DNA from: Psammoneis japonica | Taxonomy: Eukaryota | Length of the DNA stretch: 64,000 nt | Direction: 5' to 3' | Assembly: GCA_008632985.1 (NCBI GenBank) | Contig: QPGO01000025.1 | Span: 310,001 to 374,000, forward strand | Program-made: the position numbers and the translations under genes | Shown: positions 27,401 through 39,337 of the stretch, one piece after another | Layout: each line of letters begins with the position of its first letter | How positions within the stretch are numbered: position 1 is the first letter of the stretch | Notes under the pieces: generated by a model | Told to the model about the DNA's origin: nothing | The model's database searches: none | Seen by the model: only the letters and a program-made list of their open reading frames with translations

Positions 27401-27678
27401 GTTGCTCTTCACCGCAGAGTTGTTTCTTTTCTTAGGTGCCATGGTGCTATTTTTTTAGCTTGTATGCATGCGCGTTTGTTCGTGTTGTCTTCCGCATCCC
27501 CTTGTTGATCGACACCAACTTGAATTTCTAAAACATCGTTGGGGACAGATCCTTCCGGCAAAGTCAACTCGAGTTCCTGTCCATTCACAGTAAATGTCAA
27601 TACATCTCCAGGTGAGGCGTTTTCCGGCACGACGATGGAAATGGCGCTGCTGCTTTGTGTTGCTGTCATGAGGCTCAT
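18436..27678 (-). pseudogene. METTL21/Methyltransf_16-like SAM-dependent methyltransferase gene split by a LINE (5' part 27484-27678, 3' part 18436-19313)
   Basis: Motifs AWPAG, LELGSGLGLVGL, VVLTD, LEWG and GSDLL. Removing the LINE and one TSD copy joins ...DQQGDAEDN|ADESNTIKIVSLDESRK in frame. A 1-bp frameshift near 18622 separates a plausible C-terminus (...IQIYVG...; TAG at 18436-18438). Confidence 0.85.
19334..27483 (-). mobile_element. Full-length ~8.15-kb non-LTR retrotransposon with ORF1 and APE-RT-RNase H-CCHC ORF2 (Ambal-like), multiply frameshifted
   Basis: ORF1 ATG at 27442, ~40 nt from the 5' end. APE motifs RVAFHNVG, GISEVNLN, GGDFNE and SDHR. RT motifs KLRIVVLFDA, DAKSCCNRI, QGTFQGHGAAP and FADD. 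RNase H motifs VADGSYK, RSELGG and GHKD. CPRCG...HVLRC finger. 20-bp TSD at 19314-19333 and 27484-27503, with a short TTGAR-repeat 3' tail. Confidence 0.9.
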
Positions 27679-28252
27679 CGTTCGTTATGTTGAATGTGGT
27701 GTTGGTGCGATGAGCTGATGGCTGAGGCGAGGGAATGGTGTGCTTGAAGATACGGTATTTAATAACTTCATTGACGAGGGTTTTGAATTGAACATTTTTA
27801 ATCACGTATTCATTACTAGCACATGCATGAATCTTAAAAATTGAAATCCATTGACGGACTCGGGCTCGATCTTGAATCATCTCTTCTTCCGACCCTACCG
27901 GTACAGTACAGTGGCATTTCTAAAAGCATCTTCTCCATCTTTGTTTCTCTTGTTGTCAGTAAGGAGTTTTACAGCTTCGTAGGAAGTCAAAGACGCCTAT
28001 ATCGTCTTCTCGTTGTTCGTTCGTCACTGCGAATTTCGAAAAACCGCCAAAATCCGCAGAAACGGCCATCCTCCACACGACAAGCAAGATCTCTTCTACT
28101 TCTGCTATCATATAGCCTCTTCTTTTGTACCATCATCTGCACAGCTTGAAAAACGATGGATTCACTAGATTGTGGAAATAATTAGTGAAGAAAGAACTCG
28201 TAGACGAGCCCAAGAATGAAAGATAGAGTGAACATATATGTAGAATACTGTT

Positions 28253-29328
28253 TTACGAGTCTTTTTCTTTGGAAACTAGGGACAACAGCTCGTCGAGCTT
28301 CCCTTCCGCTGCCAACTTGGCCGTCGGCTCTGCAAATACCGGTTTATCGTCCTCCGTCTGCAACAAAGCATCCTGGACCTCCTTGGTCTTCATCACAAGA
28401 GACATTCTAGCTTCATTGCGAACATCACTGACGCCAATGAACTTTTCACTGCAATCATAAAACCAAAAATGTGAGTCAAATCATTGCGATTTAACTATAA
28501 GCGCAACACGAGCAAGCTCAATTCAAAGTTGACTTACAATGCCTCTGTTGCGGAGAGATCGACAGCTTTCTCGAAGCTTTCGTCACCTCTCGAAAAGTAT
28601 CTGCCTAGCCTTCCCGCTGGGTTCGAAATGTAGATTGCCATGTACCAACCAATGATAATGTCAATCGAATAATGGCCACGGGTTGCCAAGAGTCGTATGA
28701 TTTGTAGAACATTAAAGACATGCAGGAACAAGCCCAATCGTCGAAACTCCTCGCGCAGGTACATGTGATTGGCTGTAATGACCAATGTCGCAACGTGGCC
28801 CGAGAAGAAGGAGACAAAAGGGGCTTGCTCTGCTTTGGCTGGGTCTCCACAATCTTTAAGCACACAGTGCATGATATCCGGAAAGTCATAAAAGGACATG
28901 AGATAAGCAGAATCGGGAGGCAAAAAGGTAAACCAGCCACACATGGATCGAAGCACAGAAACAGCTCCATAGCGAAACACTGGTTCATAGTCTCCTACCC
29001 AAATAGTCTCGTAAACAAAATAGACTCCCGGGCCAAACACTCCAATGATGGTATTGATAAAGGCTGCTACATCATTCCAGTATCGATTGGCCTTGAGAAA
29101 GTCGTGGAGAGGCTTGGTGGCAATGTACCCGGTATCAATGATCCCCCGACTTTTATCGATCGAGGCTGCCGCATCTTCTCCACGGTATTCCGCCTTGCCA
29201 GCATTCACCTCGATCCAACTCAAGACAGCCGCAATTATAGCACCCAGTACAAGAAACGTGGTATCACGCTTGATGATTTTGCGGCGTTTTTCGTGTTCTT
29301 CCGAAGATGATGCGGCATCTGACGACAT
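28253..29328 (-). CDS. PDCT/ROD1-like phosphatidylcholine:diacylglycerol cholinephosphotransferase (PAP2/SMS superfamily), 2 exons
   Basis: FFSGHVA and FNVLQIIRLLATRGHYSIDIIIG match the plant ROD1 catalytic motifs. GTAAGT...CAG intron at 28449-28537, and exon 2 ends ...SKEKDS*. The start codon is uncertain. Confidence 0.8.
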
Positions 29329-29722
29329 GGTTTTGAGTGGGGCGCCAAAAGCCAACGGGCAGGACAACTGACGCCGTTTCTCTCGACTCTACAAGTAGCA
29401 AGATTCTCCGAGAGCCTCGAGCCTTCTTGTTCCTTGCCTTGTTATGTATGTTGATGCTGCTCTTTTCACAACTTTTGACACGAGAAGAAACCAGAGGGAA
29501 GAGGACAGAATACATACTATTCGTTGGCGAATGTTTTGAATTGTTCATCGTTTATTCCATATTTTTTAAATCATGAAGATACATTTATCGTCAAAATTGA
29601 AATTTTGACTCGGGCTCGCTCGTCGCTCCAGTTCATGGATGTTATGCTGTTTGCTGCCGCAAGCCGCAAGCAAGCATGATGAACAATGATGATTGATGAT
29701 TCTTCATCGCTGCCGTTGAACC

Positions 29723-30927
29723 ATGACGAATCAAAACCGACTTAGCAAGAAAGCCTTCCTAAGATTTTGGCTTAGATGTATTTTCTTTGTTCCACTTTTC
29801 ATTTTGATTTTAGAACGAATGGTATGGAGTTTCAATGTCGCCAACAATTTCCCACAAGAAACAATGTTGGAACGACGGGCCAATGACATGTTGTTGCCCA
29901 AACCAATTCTTATTGCTGAAACGGAGCCGATAGCTCCATATGCCAAAAGATCGTTAACAAATTTGACGCGCTCTCTTGAAAAAGTAAAGTGCGAAAAAGG
30001 TCTGAAACCAAAACAAGATGTTTTCCGACAAGAAGGTTGGCTAAACAACAATGCGACTCGACGAATACCCAAAATTATTCATCAGACGGGTCGAAGCCGC
30101 TGTATGACAAGATGGATGGGAGATATCTCAAACTCGTGGCGAAAACGATTACCAGATTACGAGTATTATTTTCACGATGACGAAGCGGTCGATCGGCTCC
30201 TAAATCAGGCTTGGCCCGAGTTTCCACATTTGCCGCTGGTTGCCAAATGTGCAAACGGAACTGCAAAGGCTGATCTTTGGCGTTATGTTGTATTGTGGGA
30301 GTATGGTGGCATTTATGCAGATTTGGACACATCGCCGACTCTATTTAACTCAAGGTGTGCTTTATTGCCTTGTTCTCGGGCGTCTTTTGTTTCTTCGCTC
30401 TCGGTGTCAATTCACACAGTTTTCTTCATTCGCACATCAACAGCACAATAACAGATGAGGATGACGGCTTCTTTGTTGTTGAACAATTTCATTTATTGTC
30501 ACAATACTTTATGGCTCTTTCACCGCGCCACCCCTTGATGCTTTATGCTATACATGAGGCGCTTTTCAAACTCATGGCGACACCTGATACCGGAAGAATG
30601 CACGTACCCTATACTACCGGGCCAACGGTGCTCCATGCAGCCTTTCAAAGATTTATGAGCGATGTCGGTGTTAAAATTATAATGGCCGGCATCGGCGCCC
30701 TTCCAGTGGCTCCTGGTCATTATGTGGGAACCTTCAATCGCTCTCTGGTTGCTGCTGGAAAAGCCTCAAACGAGAATGAGTACGTGAGACGAGAGTCTCT
30801 TCCACGGGAATTAAAAGTGGAGGAGTATTCCAAGATGGGCATGGAGCATTTTACTTTTTCACAAAAGAGGCCATCTGGGATATCCTGTCGTGAAATGATG
30901 CTTACGTATGCCAAGAGACAAATCTAA
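29723..30927 (+). CDS. Glycosyltransferase family 32 (DXD sugar-binding) type II membrane protein, 2 exons
   Basis: N-terminal TM helix, RIPKIIHQT, ADLWRYVVLWEYGGIYADLD and TTGP motifs. A GT-AG intron at 30355-30443 joins the two ORFs in frame. Confidence 0.88.
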
Positions 30928-31003
30928 ACTGCAACCCACAATCTACAATAGATTGATTTCCGTTTTGTCACTTTTGAAACTTATGATCATGTTTTTCGGG
31001 CGC

Positions 31004-31558
31004 TTATGAGTCTTGCGGTTCCAATCGATCGATGAGATATTCCATTCCGTATTGTGTTGATCCAGCTAGAAATCCCAGCGCCATACCCGCACCGAGTCGA
31101 GTGGCAAGAGTTAACGGCGGTGCGTTTGGTCGAATATTCCCCCTCAGCACGGCTCCCGCCATCATGCCGCCAATTGTTAGGTCGCCAATCGTTTCAATCG
31201 CTAGTGGCTCATCGTGTTCTTTGGTGTTGAGTTGTAAAGTCGACATGATTTGCCGCATTGGCGACGATACGCGACATATTTCAGTGATTCCAGCAAAAGT
31301 CATGCATGCGATTGCCCATGAAAAGGGCAGGTTTGTGCCTTTTGAACCCTTGAGGTGTTGCATTCTTCTGGACGAAGTCACTCGGACAGCAGATCCAAGC
31401 GCATTTCCGCCTACTCGCGACAAGGACATTCCAGCCAGCGCACCGCCAAATCCAGCCAGAGTTATCTTTGCGAAGGATTCCATAAAATTGTCCATCGAAA
31501 ACGGCCAATCATTCTTGTTACTGGCTTTCTCTTCTTCCGTATCTTTACTTTCAGTCAT
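31004..31558 (-). CDS. Small glycine-rich membrane protein (Tim17/22/23-like topology)
   Basis: 184-aa ORF with about four GxxxG-rich hydrophobic segments and normal host composition. The family call is tentative. Confidence 0.55.
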   Translation of the reverse strand: MTESKDTEEEKASNKNDWPFSMDNFMESFAKITLAGFGGALAGMSLSRVGGNALGSAVRVTSSRRMQHLKGSKGTNLPFSWAIACMTFAGITEICRVSSPMRQIMSTLQLNTKEHDEPLAIETIGDLTIGGMMAGAVLRGNIRPNAPPLTLATRLGAGMALGFLAGSTQYGMEYLIDRLEPQDS

Positions 31559-31904
31559 TTCTACCCGCGATGCAGAAAGTTCATAAAGTGTTCGGGAAGC
31601 AGTGATGTGATGATTGGCAGAGTCTGACGAAAGCCGGATGCGACAACAACTGACAACAGAGATGGATTGGATGCATTCCTGGGATATGCTAGATATTTAG
31701 CATTCATTACTTTTTATTAATATTGTGTGTATGTTAAAGAGGCGGCACGATCCAAAATTTCGAAAAAGATTGACAGGGGTCGATTTTTTCAATCGCGCGT
31801 GGTGTTCTTCAAGGTGTAGTTGTGCTGTACATTATTTTGCCGTGCGTGCCATGGTAACCTGTATCTTGACGTCGGGTTGACTTGGCAATTGTTTGTAGGA
31901 CAGC

Positions 31905-33194
31905 ATGGACCATCACAACGACCACCGCGAAATTCAGAAGCGGGGTTGTCTCGAATCCTCTCTCCGATGTCTCTGCATTCCCTGTGCAGTAACTGGTCGA
32001 GTGACTCAGGCCGTGTGTTGCCCATCGCCACCGCCCCCCGAAGAATGGAATCTTGGTTTTCGTGCACTCATGGCTTTGATGAAGGCTGTCACGATCAATG
32101 TGATTAGATCCGTTCGTTGCGTTCGCTGCTGTACAGATTGCGCTGTCCCACCATGGTTGCCTTCTCTACCAAATGGGTTGACCATCATGTCACAACGCGC
32201 CAACGATGATCACCCGTGTTCTGGAGAGTGGATAGTACATAATACAATGAAGGACGATCCGCGACAAAAGTGCCCTCGTCGAGTCATTTTGTATTTTCAC
32301 GGAGGCGCCTTTGCGCTGTGCAAACCATCGACGCACCGAGGAGTAACCATGAGGATAATCGGAGAGATGAAAGCAGATGATGACGTTGGCATATTTACTC
32401 TAAAATACTCACGTCCACCAGAGCATCCCTACCCGGAACCTATAAAGGATTGTGTTGATGCGTATAAGTGGCTTCTTCAACATATGGGTGGGGGGGAAGA
32501 GGCTGCGTCTCGTATTGTGTTTGGAGGAGACAGCGCCGGGGGTGCTCTACAGGTGCACACCTTTGCAGAACTGAGGCGCCAAGGGATTCCATTACCTGCA
32601 GGAGGAGTAATGATATCTCCATGGGTTGACTTGGTAGACATCACCTCTGGCAGTTGGAGTGAGAACGAGAAGTATGACTACCTGAGCGCGGACCTAGCAC
32701 AAATGTTTGCCAAGGGCTTCGCTGGCAGCAAGACACTGGAGGAGGTGTCAGCAACGAATCAAGATTTAACATCCTTTCCGCCGCTTTATATAGTATGTGG
32801 AGAAAAGGAAGTTCTTCGTGATCAGGTGATTGCCTTTTCAGAAAAGGCGAAAGACGCTGGGGTCGATGTTGAGTTAACTGTTGAGCCCGGAATGGTCCAC
32901 GCCTTTGTCGCCTTTTCCGATGTTGTTGATCCCGACATTGTTGGCAAGTGGTATGGCAACATTGTTAATTTTATTTACAAGGTATTGGATGACTACACTC
33001 ATGATCATGATATTCTAGTTGAGGAGGCTTCTCGTTCGCGAGCGACAGGTTTCGTGTCCGGGATTTATGAGCGGTCTCTTCTTACTCACTTGTGGATGAC
33101 TCATCCAAGAATTCTTGACTCCTCCCTACTAGAGAGAGAGCTACTAGAGAGAAAGCTAGACAATTGCCGTGACTTGAGCGTTTTCCTTTATTGA
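31905..33194 (+). CDS. Alpha/beta hydrolase, HSL family esterase/lipase
   Basis: HGGAF oxyanion motif, GDSAGG nucleophile, E-V-L-R-D and MVHAF motifs. The 3' end is uncertain. Confidence 0.9.
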   Translation: MDHHNDHREIQKRGCLESSLRCLCIPCAVTGRVTQAVCCPSPPPPEEWNLGFRALMALMKAVTINVIRSVRCVRCCTDCAVPPWLPSLPNGLTIMSQRANDDHPCSGEWIVHNTMKDDPRQKCPRRVILYFHGGAFALCKPSTHRGVTMRIIGEMKADDDVGIFTLKYSRPPEHPYPEPIKDCVDAYKWLLQHMGGGEEAASRIVFGGDSAGGALQVHTFAELRRQGIPLPAGGVMISPWVDLVDITSGSWSENEKYDYLSADLAQMFAKGFAGSKTLEEVSATNQDLTSFPPLYIVCGEKEVLRDQVIAFSEKAKDAGVDVELTVEPGMVHAFVAFSDVVDPDIVGKWYGNIVNFIYKVLDDYTHDHDILVEEASRSRATGFVSGIYERSLLTHLWMTHPRILDSSLLERELLERKLDNCRDLSVFLY

Positions 33195-33570
33195 ACACAG
33201 CATAGAGTACAAAAGTCTACATACTAGGGGCGCAGGGTAAATCCTTGGGGCAGGAGACAAGCTTTCATACGTAAGAGTAGTCTAGTTCGAAATTCTTCTA
33301 TCTGCTCTCTCTAGCTAGCTCTCTACTACTCTACTCTCTAGAGTAGAGAGTAGAGAGTAGGGCCCTACAGTACAGTACTTCTATCTTTTTCCAGATCTGC
33401 GAAGCACGTCGTCGCGTCCTTCCATCTACCGCCGTGATCGCGTGTCTCGCGCGTCTTCTGCATCTCCGTCTCAAGTTTGGAGGTTTGAGATTTCCGATTT
33501 TCATGCACCCAGCACTACGGTATGACGGAAATCTGAAATTGTCTCTCAGTTTCGCTTCCATCTGTCCACG

Positions 33571-36500
33571 ATGTCGGAGGAAGATAACGCAACGGCAAAC
33601 AATGTTCTCTATTTATATCTGGGTGTACTGGATAGACGCGTACCTCCTGGAGCCTGGGATTACTTGTCGATTCAAGACTTCTGCAACATCCGACTCGTGA
33701 GCAAGGCTCTTCGTGCGAAGCTTCAGCGTGTTGAATACTTACAATGCCGGGATGGGAAAGAATACTTGGTGCCATATCCCGGGTTTCCAGGAATTCTCGC
33801 CACTCCAAGAGATCGTAAGCTTGGGTCGGGACTGTTTCAACATCAGCTCGCTAGCCTCGAAGCCATGTATCAAGCCGAGAGAAACAATCACAATTGGTGC
33901 CGAAGCACGATTGAAACGCGAGGCGAAGCTCCATCTCCACTCGTAGAACATCTGCCGTTTGGAAGCCTACGTGGTGGAATTCTTGGGGACGCACCTGGTC
34001 TTGGTAAGACGATCACAATGTTGGCGCTGGTCATGTCTACAGCAGGAAGTCGCCCCGTCACACCTCCTGAGTTCTGGAACGATCAAGAAGCAATCGAGGA
34101 TGGTTGGAAGATGCTTAGGCTGAATGCGAATGTCGATCGACTCTATTGACGATATTGAAGCCTATTCGACAATGGGTGACGGCAGAACTGTTCAAATCAA
34201 GTGAGGAATACAAAACTTATCGACAGTTTGAAACATTCATAAGTCCTCCCTACAAGGATGATCGACTTGCAACGTTGCAAGATTTTCAACGCTATATCTA
34301 CCAAGAACTTGCTGCGTTTGTTCCACGGTCCACACTTGAGCTGGTCCGCCAAAATATTCAAGACTTCAAGGCTAGTCTGGACAAGCGAAATCGAAAGTCC
34401 ATGATGAATGTTGCCCAGCAGCGTATTGCCTGGGAACGAAAACTCATACGAAGTGGGGCAACTCTAATTGTTGTGCCCGACGCATTGCTGGAACATTGGT
34501 ATCAGCAGATCGTCGCTCATGTAAATCTGAAAATATTTGCTGACGAACAAGAACAAAGTTCTACTCATGACGAAGTTCGAGGAGTCGTTTACTTGGATGG
34601 CATTGGTGACTTGGCTGATTCTCGGCTCCCCCTTGTGAGCAAGCTGTCCCTCGAGACGCCAGTGGAACCAGCTTGGAACCTCAACCGATATCTGGTTGTG
34701 GTCACCACTTTTTCACGTTGCCGCCGAGAGTATGCCAATGAAGTACGAGCAGGGAGAATGACCGAACATGCTAGTTCTGCCTCTGGGACCAGCAGAAAAA
34801 GATCTCGTGATGCATACAATGAACTCTTCACCGATCAATCCATCTCCTTTAGCAACCGATCACCATTCTTGCAAATGTCGTGGTTACGGCTTATTGTGGA
34901 CGAAGGCCATGAGCTGGGGGAGCATGAAGCCAGCTCGGGCGTGACGCGATTCGTCAACGAACTGGCTGCCGAAAGACGCTGGGTCTTGAGCGGAACGCCT
35001 ACAACTGGTGATGAAGATACCAAAGACTTTTCTGCCAAGGGATTGGACCAAATACAACGCCTTCTATTTTTTTCTGCGGCATCCAGTATATGGAATCGAT
35101 GTTCCTCCTTCTTCGGGATCCAGTCTGTCGGAATCATCGAGTTACTCAAGCATGGACACCGATTCGTTTTCGTCTCGCGATTCAGGCTCTGATTCGTCAG
35201 CCAAGGGGTTGTGGGTGAGTCGAGTGAAGAAGCCATTCCTAGCAAGGCAAGATCGTGGACGTAACGAGCTGCTTCGGGTCCTGAAAGAAATCATGATTAT
35301 GCACCGCAAGGAAGATATCCAGTTGCCAAAGCCGATCTTCCACCAAGCTGAAGTGCAAGTCGACATTGATCCGGCGAAACAGGAGCAGATTCGAAATTCG
35401 TATGACCCACACGAGACTTTGAGCGACTACTTGGAAACCAGCGAGTTTCAAAGTTTTGTGGATGCGGCACAAGCTTCTCACACTGTCCAAACTATTCGTG
35501 CTGCACAGCAGGCTTTGGAAAGAAGGGTGGGAGGGGGCAACGAAGGAGAGAACCAAGATTTGGACGATGGGTCTCAGGTTGTGGCAGACTTTCGTACCAC
35601 TGACCCTACTAATCGGCAACAAAAGGAACGTATGACTTTCGCCCCGTCAAGTCAGTGGTTTATTCTTCCATCAAGAACAACCTCATTTCAGTCGCAGAAC
35701 ATTTGATTAGAAAGTTAGGCGGGCCTGACCATATTGCGGAGATGCATGACGGGTTGTCTGACTCTTTGAACGCTGAATTGTCACGTTTTCGGCATGGAAC
35801 AAAAGAGTATCGCACCTGCCCTGTTTGTTGTCAAAGGAACGACTCGTTGACCGGGAGTCGAAGGGGGCAGTATGATAAGTGTCAGACCATTCTTTGTGAG
35901 GTGGTGGATCCGGACGACCTCTCGAAGCGATACCTCATTGAGCCCGAACGGATTCGTTCCGGGCATGTCGAAGACGATCGCTTACCCCCCGGTGAACCAC
36001 GTACAATGTATGGCGCTTATCGCCAGCATTGGTGCCCCGGCGATTTGCTGGACGTTGACATGAGGGATGGCGGCCACCATCCTGTTTTACCTGCACGTCA
36101 AGCCCTGACCGTATGGTGGGAAGCTTATGGCGCTGACGTCTGCGAGGAGCTCGCCAGCAGCGATTCCTTTGAAGGTCGTGACTGGTATTTCGGTCCCTTG
36201 AGTAACCAAGAGGAGGCCCCTGACCAAATGGTATTGAGATTGGTAAAATGGCAAACATGCGGGGCTTTTCACAACCCGTCGCGGTGGTACACTGGCCCGA
36301 CCTTGGCTGACTCACCGATTGAAACGGCAAAGGAAAATGTGGAAGTGCTCTGCTTGGATGCAACAGTGTCACATGGACTTGACTTGTCCTTTGTGACGCA
36401 TATTTTCTTATTGGAGCCTATCGACAATGCGGCCCTCTTGGAGCAAGTAACGAGTCGTGCTCATCGGCTGGGCGCCACCGGTCCAGTCACTGTCGTAACT

Positions 36501-36821
36501 GTGAATGCACTTTGGCGGGTATCCGATGAAACAACTCAGGCGATTGAACGCGCCAATGTTCCGAAGATTGCAAAGTCGCGAGGCAAAAGCTCTGAAATGA
36601 CCAATTCAAAGATCACATCCCAGAAGTCGGAGCTTACGACAATTGTTTGTGCGCACTGTTATCGAAAATTCGAGTCTCGCGCTCTTGCAGAAGAACACGA
36701 AAGGACCAACTGTCCTCGCAACCCGGCGAACCTAAACGCCGTGGACATGTATCATTTGTCGTCTGTGTATCGCAGCATTCGTCCTCCGCCTCCAATGTCA
36801 GTAGTTGCGAGGCAAGATTAG
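33571..36821 (+). CDS. SNF2-family helicase/ATPase, with three apparent frameshifts
   Basis: GGILGDAPGLGKT, TLIVVP, RLIVDEGH, RRWVLSGTP and SHGLDLSFVTHIFLLEP...EQV.SRAHRLG spread over four ORFs. Frameshifts near 34140, 35070 (T homopolymer) and 35640. Confidence 0.82.
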
Positions 36822-37335
36822 AGAATCATCATGATGTCCAGAGAAGTGACTCAACCAAAAGCTCGTGCAAAGTAAGCTAAGTAATGGGATTCTCTATACG
36901 GTAGTACCTACATGTAAGGTAGAAGTACAAGTGCTGAACTCTCTATGGTAGTCTGATAGAGCACCGAGCCTGGTTCGAAATGTGGGTGGACTGACTCACT
37001 CGATTGAACGAATGTGATGTATGGATACTATGTGGCGCACTTCGAATCGAGATTTCTAGCACGACGGACGCACTACATAGTACATGTCACGTAAGAAATC
37101 ACGTAGAAATGACACTCCGACACATTTCGCGCCATTTTTTAGCCTTTCGTTTTTCTATGCGCATTTTCATTCGACAGTCGCGAGTCGCGAGCTGTTGTCG
37201 TCTCTGCTCTCCTGTGCAGTCAACAATTACAACACAAACCAAACGAAGGCTCTCTCGCATGCATGACATCTGTCTCTACGCGTTTCTCACCTGAAGCTTG
37301 AAATTCCTTACCGGCAGTAAACGTTATCTACGATC

Positions 37336-39337
37336 ATGTCGTCGTCTCGTCAACACACAGCTCGTCGGGGGGTGGATCCCAAGAAAGCAAGTGCCGAAGC
37401 CCAGCGTCGCACCATGAATGAGCGTCGCCACGAACTGACACAAAAGATTCGAAGGACGAAACGATCGCAACTTGTTGCTCGTAAGCGGAGATTTACAACA
37501 CCGCAAACAAATCAACAAAAGCAAAGCAGCAGCAGCAACGATCCCTCGAGCTTGGCAATGGCCTTTATCAGAACAAAAGATGAGGCTTCTCTTTCGGCTT
37601 TAGCGTCAGAGTTGGCAAACAGCAAGGCGTCTCTGGTCCTTAATGATAAGGACACGTTACCGAGCGAAGATACACCGCTATGCAACTTTGCAACACCTTA
37701 GCATACGTCCTGATAGAATCAAAAGACGAAACTAAACTCATGGCGGCTCGCGTCTTGACGAATCTCGCAGCTACTGAAAACGCAGAGGCACGAGAAAGCA
37801 ATACTATGGACCAGGATGGTAGCTACTATCAGTGGCAACCAGAAGGATGGTGTGACGTGATTGTAAGGAGCCGTGCGCTCGCAGCTCTGGTACAAGCTAT
37901 GGAGCGTGCTACAGGCGTTGCTGTGATTGAACAGTGCTCGTGGGCAATTGGAAATGTTTGTGGGGATTCGCAAAATGCCAGAGACGCAGCGAGGGATGCC
38001 ATACTGCCTCTCTATCGTGCTATTCAAAAGGGACTAGAGTGGAAGCATGCGGGTACTTGTCGAAATGCCGCGTGGGCCTTGTCGAATTTAGCGCGAGGGA
38101 CAGGAACAGGAGTGGAGTTTGTGTCGGAACCAACCACAGCGCAGCTATTGACACAATTATTAGTTTCGCCAGAGCAATACGGCGACTCGTGGTTGGAAGC
38201 AGCACACGAAATGTGCTGGGTCATGGCATTCTTAACGGCCAAACAGGACGAAACCGTCGACATGTTGTTTGCCGAGAGCCATTTATCCTTTCAGCGCAGC
38301 ACACGTCTGCCGTGTGTGAAGCAATCGCTTGTCGATTAGAACCGGCCACTCGCAACATTCGTCTCTCGCATTCTGTCAATGATTTGATGCAATCGTTGCG
38401 CATGTCGGTTCCCTGTCTCCGGGCGGTTGGCAACATTGCCACGGCTTGTGAAGGACGGCACGTACCCTTGCTCTTGACGGTGCGTGACGGCAGTGTGGCC
38501 AAGTCCTTGGCGACGTTGATTGAATTGGGTTCCTTTGCCAGTTCATTGGAAAAGGGAGAATTGGCCAGTGTTGCGGTGGAGGCCGCCTGGGCGGCCGGAT
38601 CGCTCTTGTGCGATGCCGGTTTGCCCGGACACCCATCCTCCAACGTGGCTATTCCAGCCTTGCTCTCGGTCTTGTCCAAAACGACAATGTCCGAGTACGC
38701 AAAACCCGACCTGAAACGAGAAGCCGTGTCGGCTCTTTGGAACGCCGTGGCGGCACCGCCAGTGAGGGATCTGGCGCAACAATTGTCGTCGAGGGAATTG
38801 AGAAATGGATATCTCGAACAAATGGCAAAGACGTCCGGCCTTGTGACTGCCCTGACGGCCTTGTTGACGACGCAAGACATGGACGCCGTTTTGGCCTCGG
38901 TACAAGTGCTGAATATCATGCTTCGACAGGTGGAGTCCATTAAGCAAGAGTTTCTCGAAGCGGACGGCGTTGATGCGTTGGAACACGTTTGCGATACCGC
39001 CAGCAAAGCGGGAGTTGGATCGTCGCTGTGGGATGCAAGCAACGTATCGTCGCAGTGCGCCGATATTGCGGCAGACTTGATTGATGACTTGTTCGATGAA
39101 GAACAAGAGGAAATGGACATGGCGCCAGACACGAATGGTGGGACCTATACGTTTGGACTCTTGACCGAGTCGGCTCAACTGTTTGACTTTAGCCAAGTCG
39201 GGCAAGCAGTCAATAACAGCACTGCAAGCATGCCTCCGCAAGGAAGAGGAAGGGGAAAACCTATTCCAGCGTGGATGGCTCAGAATCCTTCAGAGCAAGG
39301 TTCTCGAAAACAGGTGGGCACGTCTTATCCTTGGTAG
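37336..39337 (+). CDS. Importin-alpha-like ARM-repeat protein, with two apparent frameshifts
   Basis: IBB-like RRHELTQKIRRTKRSQLVARKRR, ARM motifs ARVLTNLA, WAIGNVCGDS, AAWALSNL and CLRAVGNIA, and an acidic C-terminus. Frameshifts near 37680 and 38290. Confidence 0.82.

Noticed and set aside
6237..27442. Alternative genetic code or RNA editing to explain Tyr->Cys/His
   Set aside because: Neighbouring host genes use Tyr normally, and the same change occurs in non-coding LTRs.
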